A DNA stretch of 64,000 nt from an uncultured Actinomycetes bacterium (GTDB lineage: Bacteria > Actinomycetota > Thermoleophilia > Gaiellales > Gaiellaceae), in NCBI GenBank assembly GCA_963773055.1, contig CAVYZL010000002.1, positions 76,221 through 140,220 on the forward strand. Reading direction: 5' to 3'. Made by a program: the position numbers and the translations under genes. Below are positions 48,620 through 58,661 of the stretch, piece by piece. Below the pieces are notes generated by a model that was not told the origin of the DNA, ran no database searches, and saw nothing but the letters and a program-made list of their open reading frames with translations. Position 1 is the first letter of the stretch, and each line of letters starts with the position of its first letter.

Positions 48620-49600
48620 TTGTCCATGGTGGGAAACGGCATGCGGCTACCCGCGGCCGCAGCCTGCGGCGGGGAGACGTCGTCGAGGTACGGTCGGCGG
48701 CGGAGATCCTCGCCACGCTCGACGAGAACGGCTGTCTCGACGGGATGCCGTTCATGGAAGAGATGCTCCCGCACTCGGACGCCGCTTCACGATCGAGGCG
48801 AGGGTCGAGCGCGCGTGTGACACGATCAACAAGGGCAACCGCATTCGACGGCCTCCTGACACGGTGCTGCTCGACGATCTTCGGTGCGACGGCTCAGGCC
48901 ACGGCGGCTGCGACGCAGAGTGCCGCTTCTACTGGAAGGAGGCCTGGCTCCGCCGCCCGACGGACCCGCCTCCGCCGCCGGCCGATCCTGACGCGCCAGC
49001 TGAGCTCGAGGCGCTCGTCCGAGCGAGCAGCATGCGCTGCGGAGAACGGACGCGAACGTGTACCGCTGCCAGGCGACGGAGTTCGTCCGGGCGACGGACG
49101 AGCTCGGCTGGTGGGATGCGCGCTCCTTCGGCCGCGAGGTGAGCTGCGGCAACGTCTCATTCGGGCGCTGGTTCGTCGTTTGCACGAGAATCGTCGTCGA
49201 GGAGATCCGGCGGCGGCTCGGATTCTGGTCGTACCCGGTCAAGTCGACGGGGCCGCGCGAGCCGAGCGGCACGAAGCTCGACCTCAAGGTCGGCGACACC
49301 GTCCGTATCCGGTCGGCCGAAGGAAATCGCGGAGACACTCGACGCGTCGCTCCGGACCCGTGGGCTCTGGTTCGACCGGGAGATGCTCCCGTACTGCGGC
49401 AGCACGCGGACGGTCAAACGACGGGTCAAGCGGTTCATCGACGAGGGGTCGGGGCGGATGATCGAGCTGAAGACCGACGGGGTGATCCTCGACGGCTGCT
49501 TCTGCAAGGGGTACGAGAGCGAGGGCCGGTGGTTCTGCCCGCGGGCCATCTACTCGTGGTGGCGCGACGACTGGCTCGAGCGTGCGGAGGCCGGGAGGCT
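48620..49600 (+). pseudogene. Hypothetical protein made of two tandem ~100-aa Cys-containing modules; frameshifted (both + and - shifts)
   Basis: Module 1: GDVVEVRSAAEILATLDENGCLDGMPFMEEMLPH..RRFTIEARVERACDT..VLLDDLRCDGSGHGGCDAECRFYWKEAWLRR. Module 2: GDTVRIRSAEEIAETLD..GLWFDREMLPYCGSTRTVKRRVKRFID..VILDGCFCKGYESEGRWFCPRAIYSWWRDDWLER. Start and stop are approximate. Confidence 0.5.
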
Positions 49601-49603
49601 GAG

Positions 49604-50858
49604 ATGGCGACCTGCCGGCTCTGCGACAGCGAGCTCCAGGAGACGCTCGTCGATCTCGGCTCGTCGCCGCCCTGCGAGAGCTTCCTCCGCGCCGACCAGC
49701 TGAACGAGGCCGAGCCGTTCTACCCGCTCCACGTCTGGATCTGCGGCGAGTGCCTGCTCGCTCAGCTCGAGGAGTACGTGGCGCCCGAGGACATCTTCAC
49801 GGACTACGCGTACTTCTCGGCGTACTCGAGCTCGTGGGTCGAGCACGCGCGCCGCTACACCGAGAAGATGGTCGAGCGCTTCGGGCTCGGCCCGGAGAGC
49901 CTCGTCGTCGAGCTCGCCTCGAACGACGGCTACCTGCTCCAGCACTTCGTCGAGCGCGGCGTACCGAGCCTCGGCATCGACCCGGCGGCGAACGTGGCCG
50001 AGGAGGCCGAGGCGCGGGGCGTCGAGACGCTCGTGGCGTTCTTCGACTCCCGGCTCGCCGAGACGCTGGTGGCCGAGCGCGGCAAGGCAGACCTCGTCGT
50101 CGCGAACAACGTGCTCGCACAGGTGCCCGAGCTGAACGACTTCGTCGCCGGCATCGAACCATGCTCGCCGACGACGGCGTGGCGACGATCGAGGTGCCGC
50201 ACCTCGTCCGCCTGATCGAGGAGGTGCAGTTCGACACGATCTACCACGAGCACTACTCGTACTTCTCGCTGACGACGCTCGTGCGGCTCTGCGAGCGCCA
50301 CGGCCTCGAGATCTTCCACGTCGAGGAGCTGCCGTCGCACGGCGGCTCGCTCCGTATCTACGTCACGCACGCGAGCGACGAGACGCACGCGCGGGACGCG
50401 AGCGTGCGACGAGCTTCTCGAGCGCGAGCGGAGCGCCGGCTACACGGAGCTCGCGACGTACCGGACGTTCGCGCGACCGCGTGCACGAGGTCAAGTGGAG
50501 CCTGCTCGAGCTGCTGATCCGCCTGAGCCGCGAGGGCAAGCGCGTCGTCGGCTACGGCGCGCCCGGGAAGGGGAACACGCTGCTGAACTTCTGCGGCATC
50601 CGAAGCGATCTGATCGAGTTCACGGTCGACCGAAACCCGCACAAGCACGGGAAGTTCCTGCCCGGCACGCACATCCCGATCTATCCTCCCGACACGATCG
50701 ACGAGACGCGTCCGGACTACATCGTGATCCTGCCCTGGAACCTCCAGCACGAGATCGCCGCCCAGCTCGCGCACACGCGCGACTGGGGTGCGCAGCTGAT
50801 CGTGCCGATCCCGGCGCCCGCGATCCTGCCCTGGCCCGAGAAGGAGGCAGCCGCCTGA
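49604..50858 (+). pseudogene. NDP-hexose C-methyltransferase family (Zn-binding N-domain + class I MTase + C-methyltransferase C-domain), 2-3 frameshifts
   Basis: GGGAGG Shine-Dalgarno sequence, then MATCRLCDSELQETLVDLGSSPPCESF ... VWICGECLLAQL (Methyltransf_13-like). Then ELASNDGYLL, DTIYHEHYSYFSL, and GYGAPGKGNTLLNFCG ... ILPWNL (Methyltransf_14-like). Confidence 0.75.
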
Positions 50859-51670
50859 TGAAGGTCGTGATCTTCTGCGGCGGCCTCGGGCTTCGGATGG
50901 GCGAGACGTCCGCGCGCATCCCGAAGCCGATGATCCCGATCGGCGACAAGCCGATCCTCTGGCACATCATGAACTACTACGCGAGCTTCGGCATCACCGA
51001 CTTCGTGCTCTGCCTCGGCTACAAGTCGGAGGCGGTCAAGGAGTACTTCCTCACCTACAACGAGGCGCTCGCGAACGACTTCGTGCTCTCGCGACGGCGG
51101 CAAGCGGGTCGAGCTGCTCAAGCGCGACATCCACAACTGGTCGATCACGTTCGTCAACACCGGGCTCCACGCCGTCATCGGCCAGCGCCTGAAGAAGGTG
51201 CAGTCGTACCTCGACGACGACGAGATGTTCCTCGCCACCTACGGGGACGGCCTCACGGACGCGCCGCTCCCCGAGATGATCGAGACGCTCGAAGCGAGCG
51301 ACAACGTCGGGCTCTTCCTCGCCTCCCGCCCGACTTACAACTTCCACGTCGTCTCGTTCGACGAAGCCCATCAGGCGACGAACGTGCAGGACGTGACGAC
51401 GCTCGATCTCTGGATCAACGCCGGCTTCTTCGTCTTCCGGCGTGAGTTCTTCGACTACATCGGCGAAGGCGAGGACCTCGTCGAGGAGCCCTTCCAGCGC
51501 CTGATCGAAGAGGGCAAGCTGGCGCATATCCCGTACGACGGGCTTCTGGGCGCCGATGGACACGCTGAAGGACAAGCACGTGCTCGAGACGCTCTCGAGT
51601 CGGGGCAGGCGCCGTGGCGCACGCCCGTCGGCGCGCCGAACGGTCAGGCCGCCTGCGCACCGTGCCGTAG
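50858..51670 (+). pseudogene. rfbF: Glucose-1-phosphate cytidylyltransferase, 3-4 frameshifts; 3' end approximate
   Basis: MKVVIFCGGLGLRMGETSARIPKPMIPIGDKPILWHIM, ATYGDGLTD and FWAPMDTLKDKHVLETL..SGQAPW. The ATG overlaps the upstream TGA. Confidence 0.75.
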
Positions 51671-51673
51671 CCG

Positions 51674-52345
51674 ATGCACACGCTGTCGCTCGACGCCGAT
51701 CGACGGATCGACACCGATCCTCGCGATCGGCGCCCATGCGGACGACATCGAGATCGGCTGCGGCGGCACGATCCTCCGGCTCGCGGCGCTCGCATCCCGA
51801 CGCCGAGGTGGACTGGGTCGTGCTCTGCGCCGACGGTGCGCGGGCGGACGAGGCCCGCCGCTGCGCGGCCGACGTTCCTCGGCCGGGTTCGCGAACACGC
51901 GCAGGTCGTCGTCAAGGACTTCCGCGACGCGCTTCCTCCCGTACGTCGGCGGCACGGTCAAGGAGCGGTTCGAGCAGCTGAAGGCGACCGTGACGCCCCA
52001 GCTCGTCTTCACGCACCAGCGGCACGACCTGCATCAGGACCACCGACTGCTCAACGAGCTGACGTGGAACACGTTCCGCGATCACCTGATCCTCGAGTAC
52101 GAGATCCCGAAGTACGACGGCGACCTCGGCGCGCCGAACGTCTTCGTCCCACTCGACGAGGAGCGGTCGCAGCGCAAGGCGAGGCCGATGCTTGCGCACT
52201 TCGCGACGCAACGCGACAAGCGGTGGTTCACGGAGGATCTGTTCCGCTCGCTCATGCGGCTGCGGGGGATGGAGGCAACTCGCCGACCGGGCATGCCGAG
52301 GCGTTCTACTGCCGCAAGGTCGTGTCGAGGTGCCCGACGATGCAG
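51674..52345 (+). pseudogene. PIG-L (LmbE-like) family deacetylase, frameshifted; 3' end approximate
   Basis: MHTLSLDADRRIDT, then ILAIGAHADDIEIGCGGTILRLA, VVLCADG, FTHQRHDLHQDHR and GHAEAFYCRKV spread over frames. Confidence 0.65.
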
Positions 52346-52800
52346 CACGATCGACGGCGTGCTGACGGTTCCGCTCCGCCGGATCCCGGACGAGCGCGGG
52401 ACGATCTTCCACATGCTCCGCGCGGACGATCCGCACTTCGTCGCAGTTCGGCGAGATCTACTTCACGAGCGTCTACGAGGGCGTCGTCAAGGGGTGGCAC
52501 AAGCACCGGGAGATGACCCTCAACTACGCCTGCGTCCACGGCCGCATCAAGGTCGCGCTCTACGACGATCGGCGAGGGCTCGCCGACGCGCGGCACGGTC
52601 GCAGGAGGTCTTCCTCGGCCCCGACGAGCATTCGCTCGTCGTCATCCCGCCGGAGATCTGGACCGGCGTCAAGGGCATGACCAGCCCGTTCGCGATCGTC
52701 GCCAACTGCTGCCACGCACACGCACGATCCGGAGCCGGACGACGCGCCTCGACCCGTTCGACAACGACATTCCCTACGACTGGGACGTGCGGACCACTGA
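52340..52800 (+). pseudogene. RmlC-like cupin (dTDP-4-dehydrorhamnose 3,5-epimerase / WxcM-like), frameshifted
   Basis: MQH + IDGVLTVPLRRIPDERGTIFHMLRADDPHF, FGEIYFTSVYEGVVKGWHKHREMTLNYACVHGRIKVALYDDR and EVFLGPDEHSLVVIPPEIWTG. Confidence 0.55.
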
Positions 52801-54114
52801 CGGACGTGGCTCAGGTGGCGGACATCCAGGACGCGGCGACGGTCGGCGAGGAGCTGCACGAGTTCGTCGCCGAGCTCTATCCGATCTGCCGGAGCATCAC
52901 GGGCGACGGGCTCCGCGAGACGCTGCGCCGCGATCGGCGAGCACGTGCCGCTCGAGATCCACGAGGTGCCGACCGGCACCCAGGTGTTCGACTGGACGAT
53001 CCCGCGCGAGTGGAACATCGGGGACGCGTACGTGAAGGACGGGCAGGCGGCCGGCGGGTCGTCGACTTCGCGGACAGCAACCTCCACGTCGTCAACTACA
53101 GCGCGCCCGTCGTCCGCGCGGATGCCGCTCGCGGAGCTTCGTCCGCGCCTGACGTCGATCCCCGAGCACCCGGACTGGATCCCCTACCGCACCTCGTACT
53201 ACAAGGAGGACTGGGGCTTCTGCCTGAGCCACGACGCGCTGCTCGCGCTCGAGGACGGCGAGTACGAGGTGTGCATCGACTCGACGCTCGAGCGACGGGA
53301 GCGCTGACCTACGGCGAGTGCTATCTCGACGGTGAGCGCGAGGACGAGGTGCTGATCTCGACGCACGCCTGCCACCCGTCGCTCTGCAACGACAACCTGT
53401 CCGGCGTCGCCGTCGCGACGTTCCTCGCGCGGCCGCTCGCGGCGCTGCCGCAGGCGGCTCTCGTACCGCTTCGTCTTCGTGCCCGGGACGATCGGCGCGA
53501 TCGCCTGGCTGCACGAGAACCAGGCGCGCGTCGACCGCGTCAAGCACGGGCTCGTGCTCGCCTGCGTCGGCGACCGCGGCTCTGTCACCTACAAGCGCTC
53601 GCGACGCGGCGACGCCGAGGTCGACCGGGCGGTCGAGCACGTCCTCCGCCACTCAGGCGACGAGCGCACGAGTCGCTCGACTTCACCCCGGACGGCTACG
53701 ACGAGCGCCAGTACTGCTCGCCCGGCTTCGACCTTCCCGTCGGCGCTTCATGCGGACGCCGCACGGGGCAGTTCCCCGAGTACCACACCTCGGCCGACGA
53801 CCTCGACCTCGTTCGACGCCGGCGAGCCTCGCCGACTCGTGGCGAAGGTGACCGACGGTGCTGTCCGTGCTCGACGGCAATGCGACATACGTGAACCAGA
53901 ATCCGATGTGCGAGCCGCAACTCGGCAGGCGGGGCCTGTACAGCCTCGTCGGAGGCCGGAAGGACGAGAGCCTCGACGAGCTCGCGCTCCTCTGGGTGCT
54001 GAACCTCTCCGACGGCGACCACTACGCTGCTCGACATCGCCGAGCGCTCCGGCCTCGAGTTCGCCTCCGATCCGCGCGTGCGGCGGACGCGCTGCGTCGA
54101 GTGCGAGCTGCTGA
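52790..54114 (+). pseudogene. COG4310-type aminopeptidase-like domain protein (DUF2172/DUF4910 + C-terminal winged helix), frameshifted
   Basis: Pieces in order: LHEFVAELYPICRSITGDGLRETL, VPTGTQVFDWTIPREWN, IPYRTSYYKEDWGFCLS, ISTHACHPSLCNDNLSGVAV, YRFVFVPGTIGAIAWL, DERQYCSPGFDLPVG, FPEYHTSADDLDLV, CEPQLGRRGLY and LLDIAERSGLEF. Confidence 0.6.
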
Positions 54115-54125
54115 CAGGAGGCCGC

Positions 54126-55217
54126 GTGAGAGTCGTCGTCACCGGCAGCGAGGGATACATCGGCTCGGTGCTCTGCCCGTACCTCGTCGAGCGCGGCCAC
54201 GACGTCGTCGGCGTCGACTCGGGCTTCTACCGCGCGCCGGCTGCTCTACGAGGAACCGTCGACGGCGGTCGAGACGTGGCACAAGGACATCCGCCGCCTC
54301 GAGGCTCGGGACCTCGACGGCGCAGACGCCGATCGTGCACATGGCCGAGCTCTCCAACGACCCGCGTCGGGCAGCTCGCGCCCGACGTCACCTACGAGAT
54401 CAACCACCGCGGCTCGCTGCACGTCGCCGAGACGGCGAAGGCCGCCGGCGTTCCGCGCTTCGTCTACACGTCGTCGTGCAGCGTCTACGGCGCGGCGGAC
54501 CAGGAGCTCGTCGACGAGGAGTCGCCGCTCCGCCCGCAGACGGCGTACGCGGAGTGCAAGGAGCTCGTCGAGCGCGACGTCGCGCTGATGGCCGACGACG
54601 CCTTCTCCCCGACGTTCCTCCGCAACGCGACCGCGTGCGGCGCGTCGCCGCGGATGCGCTTCGACGTCGTGCTCAACAACCTCTCGGGGCTGGCGTGGAC
54701 GACGAAGGACATCCGGATGGAGAGCGACGGCTCGCCGTGGCGCCCGATCGTCCACGTGCTCGACATCTGCGAGGCGATCGCGTGCGCGCTCGACGCGCCG
54801 CGCGAGCGGATCCACAACGAGGTGCTGAACGTCGGCGACACGTCGAGCAACTACCGGATCCGCGAGCTCGCCGAGATCGTCGGTGACGTCTTCCCGGACT
54901 GCTCCGTGTCCATCGCCGGCCGCAGTCCCGACAGCCGGAGCTACCGCGTGTCGTTCGAGAAGATCCGCGAGCTGATGCCCGAGTTCGCCTGCTCCTGGGA
55001 CGCCGAGCGGAGCGCGCGCCAGCTGCTCGACGTGTTCTCCCGCGTCGAGTTGACGGAGGAGACCTTCCGCGCCCGGCCGTTCACAAGGCTCAAGCAGATC
55101 GAGCATCTCGTCGCGACGGGGCAGATCGACGACGCGTTCTTCTGGACCGACAACGGGCACTCGGAGACCAACATCGCGTCGATTGATACGGACCACACCG
55201 TCCGCGATCGCGGTTAG
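54126..55217 (+). CDS. NAD-dependent epimerase/dehydratase (extended SDR), compensating frameshifts about 54230-54370
   Basis: AGGAGG Shine-Dalgarno sequence, then VRVVVTGSEGYIGS (GxxGxxG). YAECK (YxxxK). C-terminal FTRLKQIEHLVATGQIDDAFFW. Confidence 0.8.
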   Translation: MRVVVTGSEGYIGSVLCPYLVERGHDVVGVDSGFYRAPAALRGTVDGGRDVAQGHPPPRGSGPRRRRRRSCTWPSSPTTRVGQLAPDVTYEINHRGSLHVAETAKAAGVPRFVYTSSCSVYGAADQELVDEESPLRPQTAYAECKELVERDVALMADDAFSPTFLRNATACGASPRMRFDVVLNNLSGLAWTTKDIRMESDGSPWRPIVHVLDICEAIACALDAPRERIHNEVLNVGDTSSNYRIRELAEIVGDVFPDCSVSIAGRSPDSRSYRVSFEKIRELMPEFACSWDAERSARQLLDVFSRVELTEETFRARPFTRLKQIEHLVATGQIDDAFFWTDNGHSETNIASIDTDHTVRDRG

Positions 55218-55327
55218 ACTCGCCAACTTCAAGTCGGGTCGGTTCGGCAAGACGACTCGGCATCGTGGCTAGGCGCACCTCGAGGCGGCGAGGGGCTCCT
55301 GGGCACACCCCGGTGACCCAGTCATAC

Positions 55328-56032
55328 ATGCACGCGGCCGACCTCAAGACACACAGCCCCGAGCACCAAGTCCAGACCGCTCCACCCCCCACCGCTGCAC
55401 CGGCGGGAGACGCCGACAGCGAGGCGGAGACGCTGGTCATGGACCATCTCGACCTCGTCGAGATCGCGACCAACTACGTCGGCGACCCGCGCAACTCGCC
55501 AACGATCGACCGGGACGACCTGATCGGCGAGGGTCAGATCGCGCTGATGCAGGCGGCCCGGCGCTACGACCCGGAGAAGGGCAGCTTCCGCAGCTTCGCG
55601 TTCACGCGCATCAAAGGCGCGATGATCGACGCCTTGCGGCGCGACTTCCTCCTGCCGCGGTCCGCGCGGGAGCGCGGCGAGAGCCTGACCGTCGTCTCCA
55701 TCGACAAGCCGATCGGCGAGGGCGACCTGACGCTGTCGGACACGATCGAGGACGCCCGCTCCGACGTCGAGGAGATCGTCGCCAACCGGGCGCAGCTCGC
55801 GAGCGCGATCGAGGAACGAGCCCACGAGGCGGTCCGGCCGGAGCTGACGCCGATGGAGCTCGAGGTGCTGCGCGGCGCAGCGGCGAGTCGGCGAGACGGC
55901 GGGCGAGACGGCCGATCGCCTCGGCAAGTCGCACGAGACCGTCAGGTCGCAGCGACGCACGGCGCTCAAGCGACTCGGCGCGCGGTCGATCGCCCACGCG
56001 GTGTTCATCGCCCGCGACGACATCGCCGCCTA
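55328..56032 (+). CDS. Sigma-70 family RNA polymerase sigma factor (regions 2 and 4), one frameshift near 55880; start uncertain
   Basis: DDLIGEGQIALMQAARRYDPEKGSFRSFAFTRIKGAMIDALRR (region 2). LTPMELEVL ... ETADRLGKSHETVRSQRRTALKRLG (region 4 HTH) lies in the next frame. Possible starts at 55265, 55328 and 55439. Confidence 0.65.
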
Positions 56033-56241
56033 GGTCGTACCCCGATCGAGGTACCCCGTCCGTTCGGGGAGTCGAACCTCCCCATTGGCCTATTGCCGCC
56101 GCGCCAGTGCCGGTCGAGAATAGCGCGCGCTCCTCCCCGACCCACGGCCGACCGGCGGCCTTCTTGAAGACAAACACGAACGGTCATTCCGAATGCATCG
56201 CGTCGTCCTCCGTAGGCCCGGACGACGCCCTTCCCAACCGT

Positions 56242-56559
56242 GTGCCGCGCACACGCGTACTGCTCGTGGGGCCGCCCGCGTTCTGTCAGACGATCGGGCG
56301 CTCGCTGCCAGCGGAGGCCGCGAATGTGGTCGGCCACGCCCATTCCGTCGACTCGGCCGAGATCGCATCCGCGTCGCTGTTACCGGACCTCACGCTGCTC
56401 GAGGCCGGGATGGCGCACGTCGCCCACCGCCTGTCCGAATGGGCGTCGGTAGTGATGGTGCCGCCGAACGGACATGACGGCGATGGTGACCACGGACTCT
56501 GGCCGGCGGTGCTCCAGCTCGGCGGGATTGCACCTGCGCTGATGCTCTCGTCTTCCTGA
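56242..56559 (+). CDS. Hypothetical protein, possibly a degenerate receiver-like domain
   Basis: Part of ORF 56107..56559. RVLLVGPP ... PDLTLLEAGM ... SVVMVPP, a layout reminiscent of CheY-like beta1/beta3/beta4. Followed by hairpins CCTGAC-N8-GTCAGG and ACGTC-gccg-GACGT-TTTCC. By-eye similarity only. Confidence 0.3.
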   Translation: MPRTRVLLVGPPAFCQTIGRSLPAEAANVVGHAHSVDSAEIASASLLPDLTLLEAGMAHVAHRLSEWASVVMVPPNGHDGDGDHGLWPAVLQLGGIAPALMLSSS

Positions 56560-56655
56560 CAGGCGGTCGTCAGGACGTCGCCGGACGTTTTCCACATCGT
56601 CCACAGATTCCACAAAACGGCCGCACATTGCGGACACGCGACCTCGGCGCACACC

Positions 56656-56684
56656 TTTACACACATGCAGCCGTCGTCTTAAAT
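56656..56684 (+). promoter_or_regulatory. Candidate sigma-70-type promoter TTTACA-N17-TTAAAT upstream of the response regulator
   Basis: TTTACAcacatgcagccgtcgtcTTAAAT sits in a locally AT-richer intergenic stretch. It would give a ~55-nt leader to the GTG at 56744 (Shine-Dalgarno GGAGGA). Confidence 0.3.
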
Positions 56685-56743
56685 GTGGGGAGGTGGTGTT
56701 CTCGCAATCGGAAACTGGAGCCGCAGAACCGCGGAGGACTGCG

Positions 56744-57376
56744 GTGCTCGTCGACGAGCACCCGCTCTGGCTTGACGCGGTCGAACAGGTCCTGCAGCGG
56801 GTCTCCGTTCACGTCGTCGCCCGAGCGCGATCGTTCGCGGAGGGCCAGCGGCTCGTCGGGGAGCTCACTCCCGATCTGCTCGTCGCTGAGATCTCGGGCC
56901 TCGACGAAGAGATCAGCGGCGTCGCGTGGTTGCTTGACATCCGTGAGCAGTACCCGGAGCTGAAGACGATCGTTCTGTCCATCGTCGACGATCCGGCGAC
57001 GGTCCAGGCAGCTTTCTCGGCCGGCGCCGTCGCCTTCGTCGTCAAGAAGGCCCATCCGGACGACCTCGCCGTCGCCGTCAGGCAGGCGTACGAGCACTCG
57101 ATCTTCCTTCCGGGGTACATCGTCGCGGACGAGCATGTGTCGACGGATGCCGTCGACGACGCCGATCTCACCCGGCGCGAGCTCGAGATCCTTCGACTCG
57201 TCGCAGAGGGACATTCGAATGCCGAACTCGCGCGGATGCTGTGGGTGACGGAGCAGACCGTGAAGTTCCACCTCTCGAACATCTACCGAAAGCTCCACGT
57301 CTCGAACCGCACGGAGGCGAGTCGCTGGGCGCACCGGCACGGTGTTCTCGCATCGTCGCCGACAGCCGTAGCCTAA
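56744..57376 (+). CDS. NarL/FixJ-type response regulator (receiver + LuxR HTH) with Glu at the phospho-acceptor position
   Basis: VLVDEHPL, PDLLVAEISG (E where Asp is expected), IVLSIVD, AFVVKK, then LTRRELEILRLVAEGHSNAELARMLWVTEQTVKFHLSNIYRKL. The longest ORF starts at 56693. GTG 56744 has a GGAGGA Shine-Dalgarno sequence. Confidence 0.85.
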   Translation: MLVDEHPLWLDAVEQVLQRVSVHVVARARSFAEGQRLVGELTPDLLVAEISGLDEEISGVAWLLDIREQYPELKTIVLSIVDDPATVQAAFSAGAVAFVVKKAHPDDLAVAVRQAYEHSIFLPGYIVADEHVSTDAVDDADLTRRELEILRLVAEGHSNAELARMLWVTEQTVKFHLSNIYRKLHVSNRTEASRWAHRHGVLASSPTAVA

Positions 57377-57424
57377 GCCTAGAGCCCGGCCCCACAAGGG
57401 CGGCGGCTCCCGCCTAGCCGAAAT

Positions 57425-57463
57425 GGTTCACAGGATCCCAGCCGACATTGGTTCGCAGGATCC
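57425..57463 (+). repeat. Two 14-nt direct repeats GGTTC(A/G)CAGGATCC spaced 25 nt centre to centre, between the response regulator and degT-like genes
   Basis: GGTTCACAGGATCC (57425-57438) and GGTTCGCAGGATCC (57450-57463). The second ends 9 nt (57464-57472) before TATGGT at 57473-57478. Confidence 0.8.
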
Positions 57464-57504
57464 GGCTCGGCATATGGTAGGAGTCAGCCGCAGTCACCCC
57501 GGAG

Positions 57505-58661
57505 GTGCTCGTGTCGGACGAGTTTCTCGTCTTTGGAAGACCTGTCATTGGAAACGCCGAGATCGACGAGGTCACGGACTCTCTGCGGTCAGGCTGGCTC
57601 GGGACGGGCCCTAAAGTCCAGCGGTTCGAGCGCGCACTCGAGAACTACATAGGCGTTCCACACATCCGCTGCGTCGCCTCCTGCACCGCGGCATTGGTGC
57701 TCGCAATCAAGGTACTCGACATTGGCCCCGGCGACGAGGTGATCTTGCCGGCCATGACGTTCGTCGCGTCCGCGAATGCCGTCGAGCACGCAGGCGCGAA
57801 GGTCGTGCTTGTCGACAGCGAACCGGTGACGGGCCTGATGGACCTCGATGCGGCGGAAGCGGCTATTGGCCCGCGGACGGTGGCGATCATGCCCGTGCAC
57901 TTCGCGGGCCGTCCCATCGACATGGACCGCGTCGGCGCGATACGAGACCGCCACAGGATCCTCGTGATCGAAGATGCGGCGCATGCCATCAGCGCGGAGT
58001 GGAAGGGCGTGCGCATCGGAAGGCACGGCAACCTCACGGCGTACTCGTTCTACGCAACGAAGAACATGACAACGGGGGAGGGCGGGGCTCTCGCTACGCC
58101 CGCCGCGGACGTGACCGAGCGTGTCGAACGTCTCGCGCTCCACGGACTCAGCCTTGGGGCGTGGGAGCGCTTCTCCGACGCCGGGTTCAAGCACTACGAG
58201 GTCGTTGAGCCGGGCTTCAAATACAACATGACAGACATCCAGGCAGCGATCGGCATCCACCAGCTGTCTCACCTGGACACATGGATTGACGAGAGAGCCC
58301 TGAATGGGATCAGTACGACGCACTCCTCGGGGCACTCCCGTTGACCCTTCCGGAGCAGCCTCGCGCGCAGACGAGACACGCCCGTCATCTGTACACGGTC
58401 CTTGTCGACTCATCTGCACCCGTCGATCGCGACTCTCTGCTTGCGCGCCTAACGGAACGGGGCATCGGTACCGGAGTTCATTACCGCGGTGTCCATCTCC
58501 ATCCCTACTACCGCGATCGCTACGAAATCGATCCACGCAGCTTGCCCGTTGCGACCGATATCAGTGAGCGGACGCTGAGCCTTCCCTTGGCCCCAAACCT
58601 TACGGAGGCCGATTTGAATCGTGTGGCTACGGCGTTGCGAACAAGCTTGGCCTCCGGCTGA
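57505..58661 (+). CDS. DegT/DnrJ/EryC1/StrS family sugar aminotransferase, one frameshift near 58300
   Basis: FGRPVIGNAEIDEV, SCTAALVLA, FYATKNMTTGEGG (PLP Lys), then LPEQP..HARHLYTVLV..GIGTGVHYRGVHLHPYY in the next frame. The GTG at 57511 has better Shine-Dalgarno spacing. Confidence 0.8.

Noticed and set aside
51198-53894. An 898-aa ORF as one giant protein
   Set aside because: It is a chimera of pieces of rfbF, PIG-L, the cupin and the COG4310 protein, joined by Arg-rich out-of-frame stretches. Four separate genes are recognisable.
57423-57614. The 63-aa ORF MVHRIPADIGSQD... between the response regulator and degT
   Set aside because: It overlaps the repeat/promoter region and the degT start, has an Arg/Gly-rich composition and shows no coding-type GC3 pattern.
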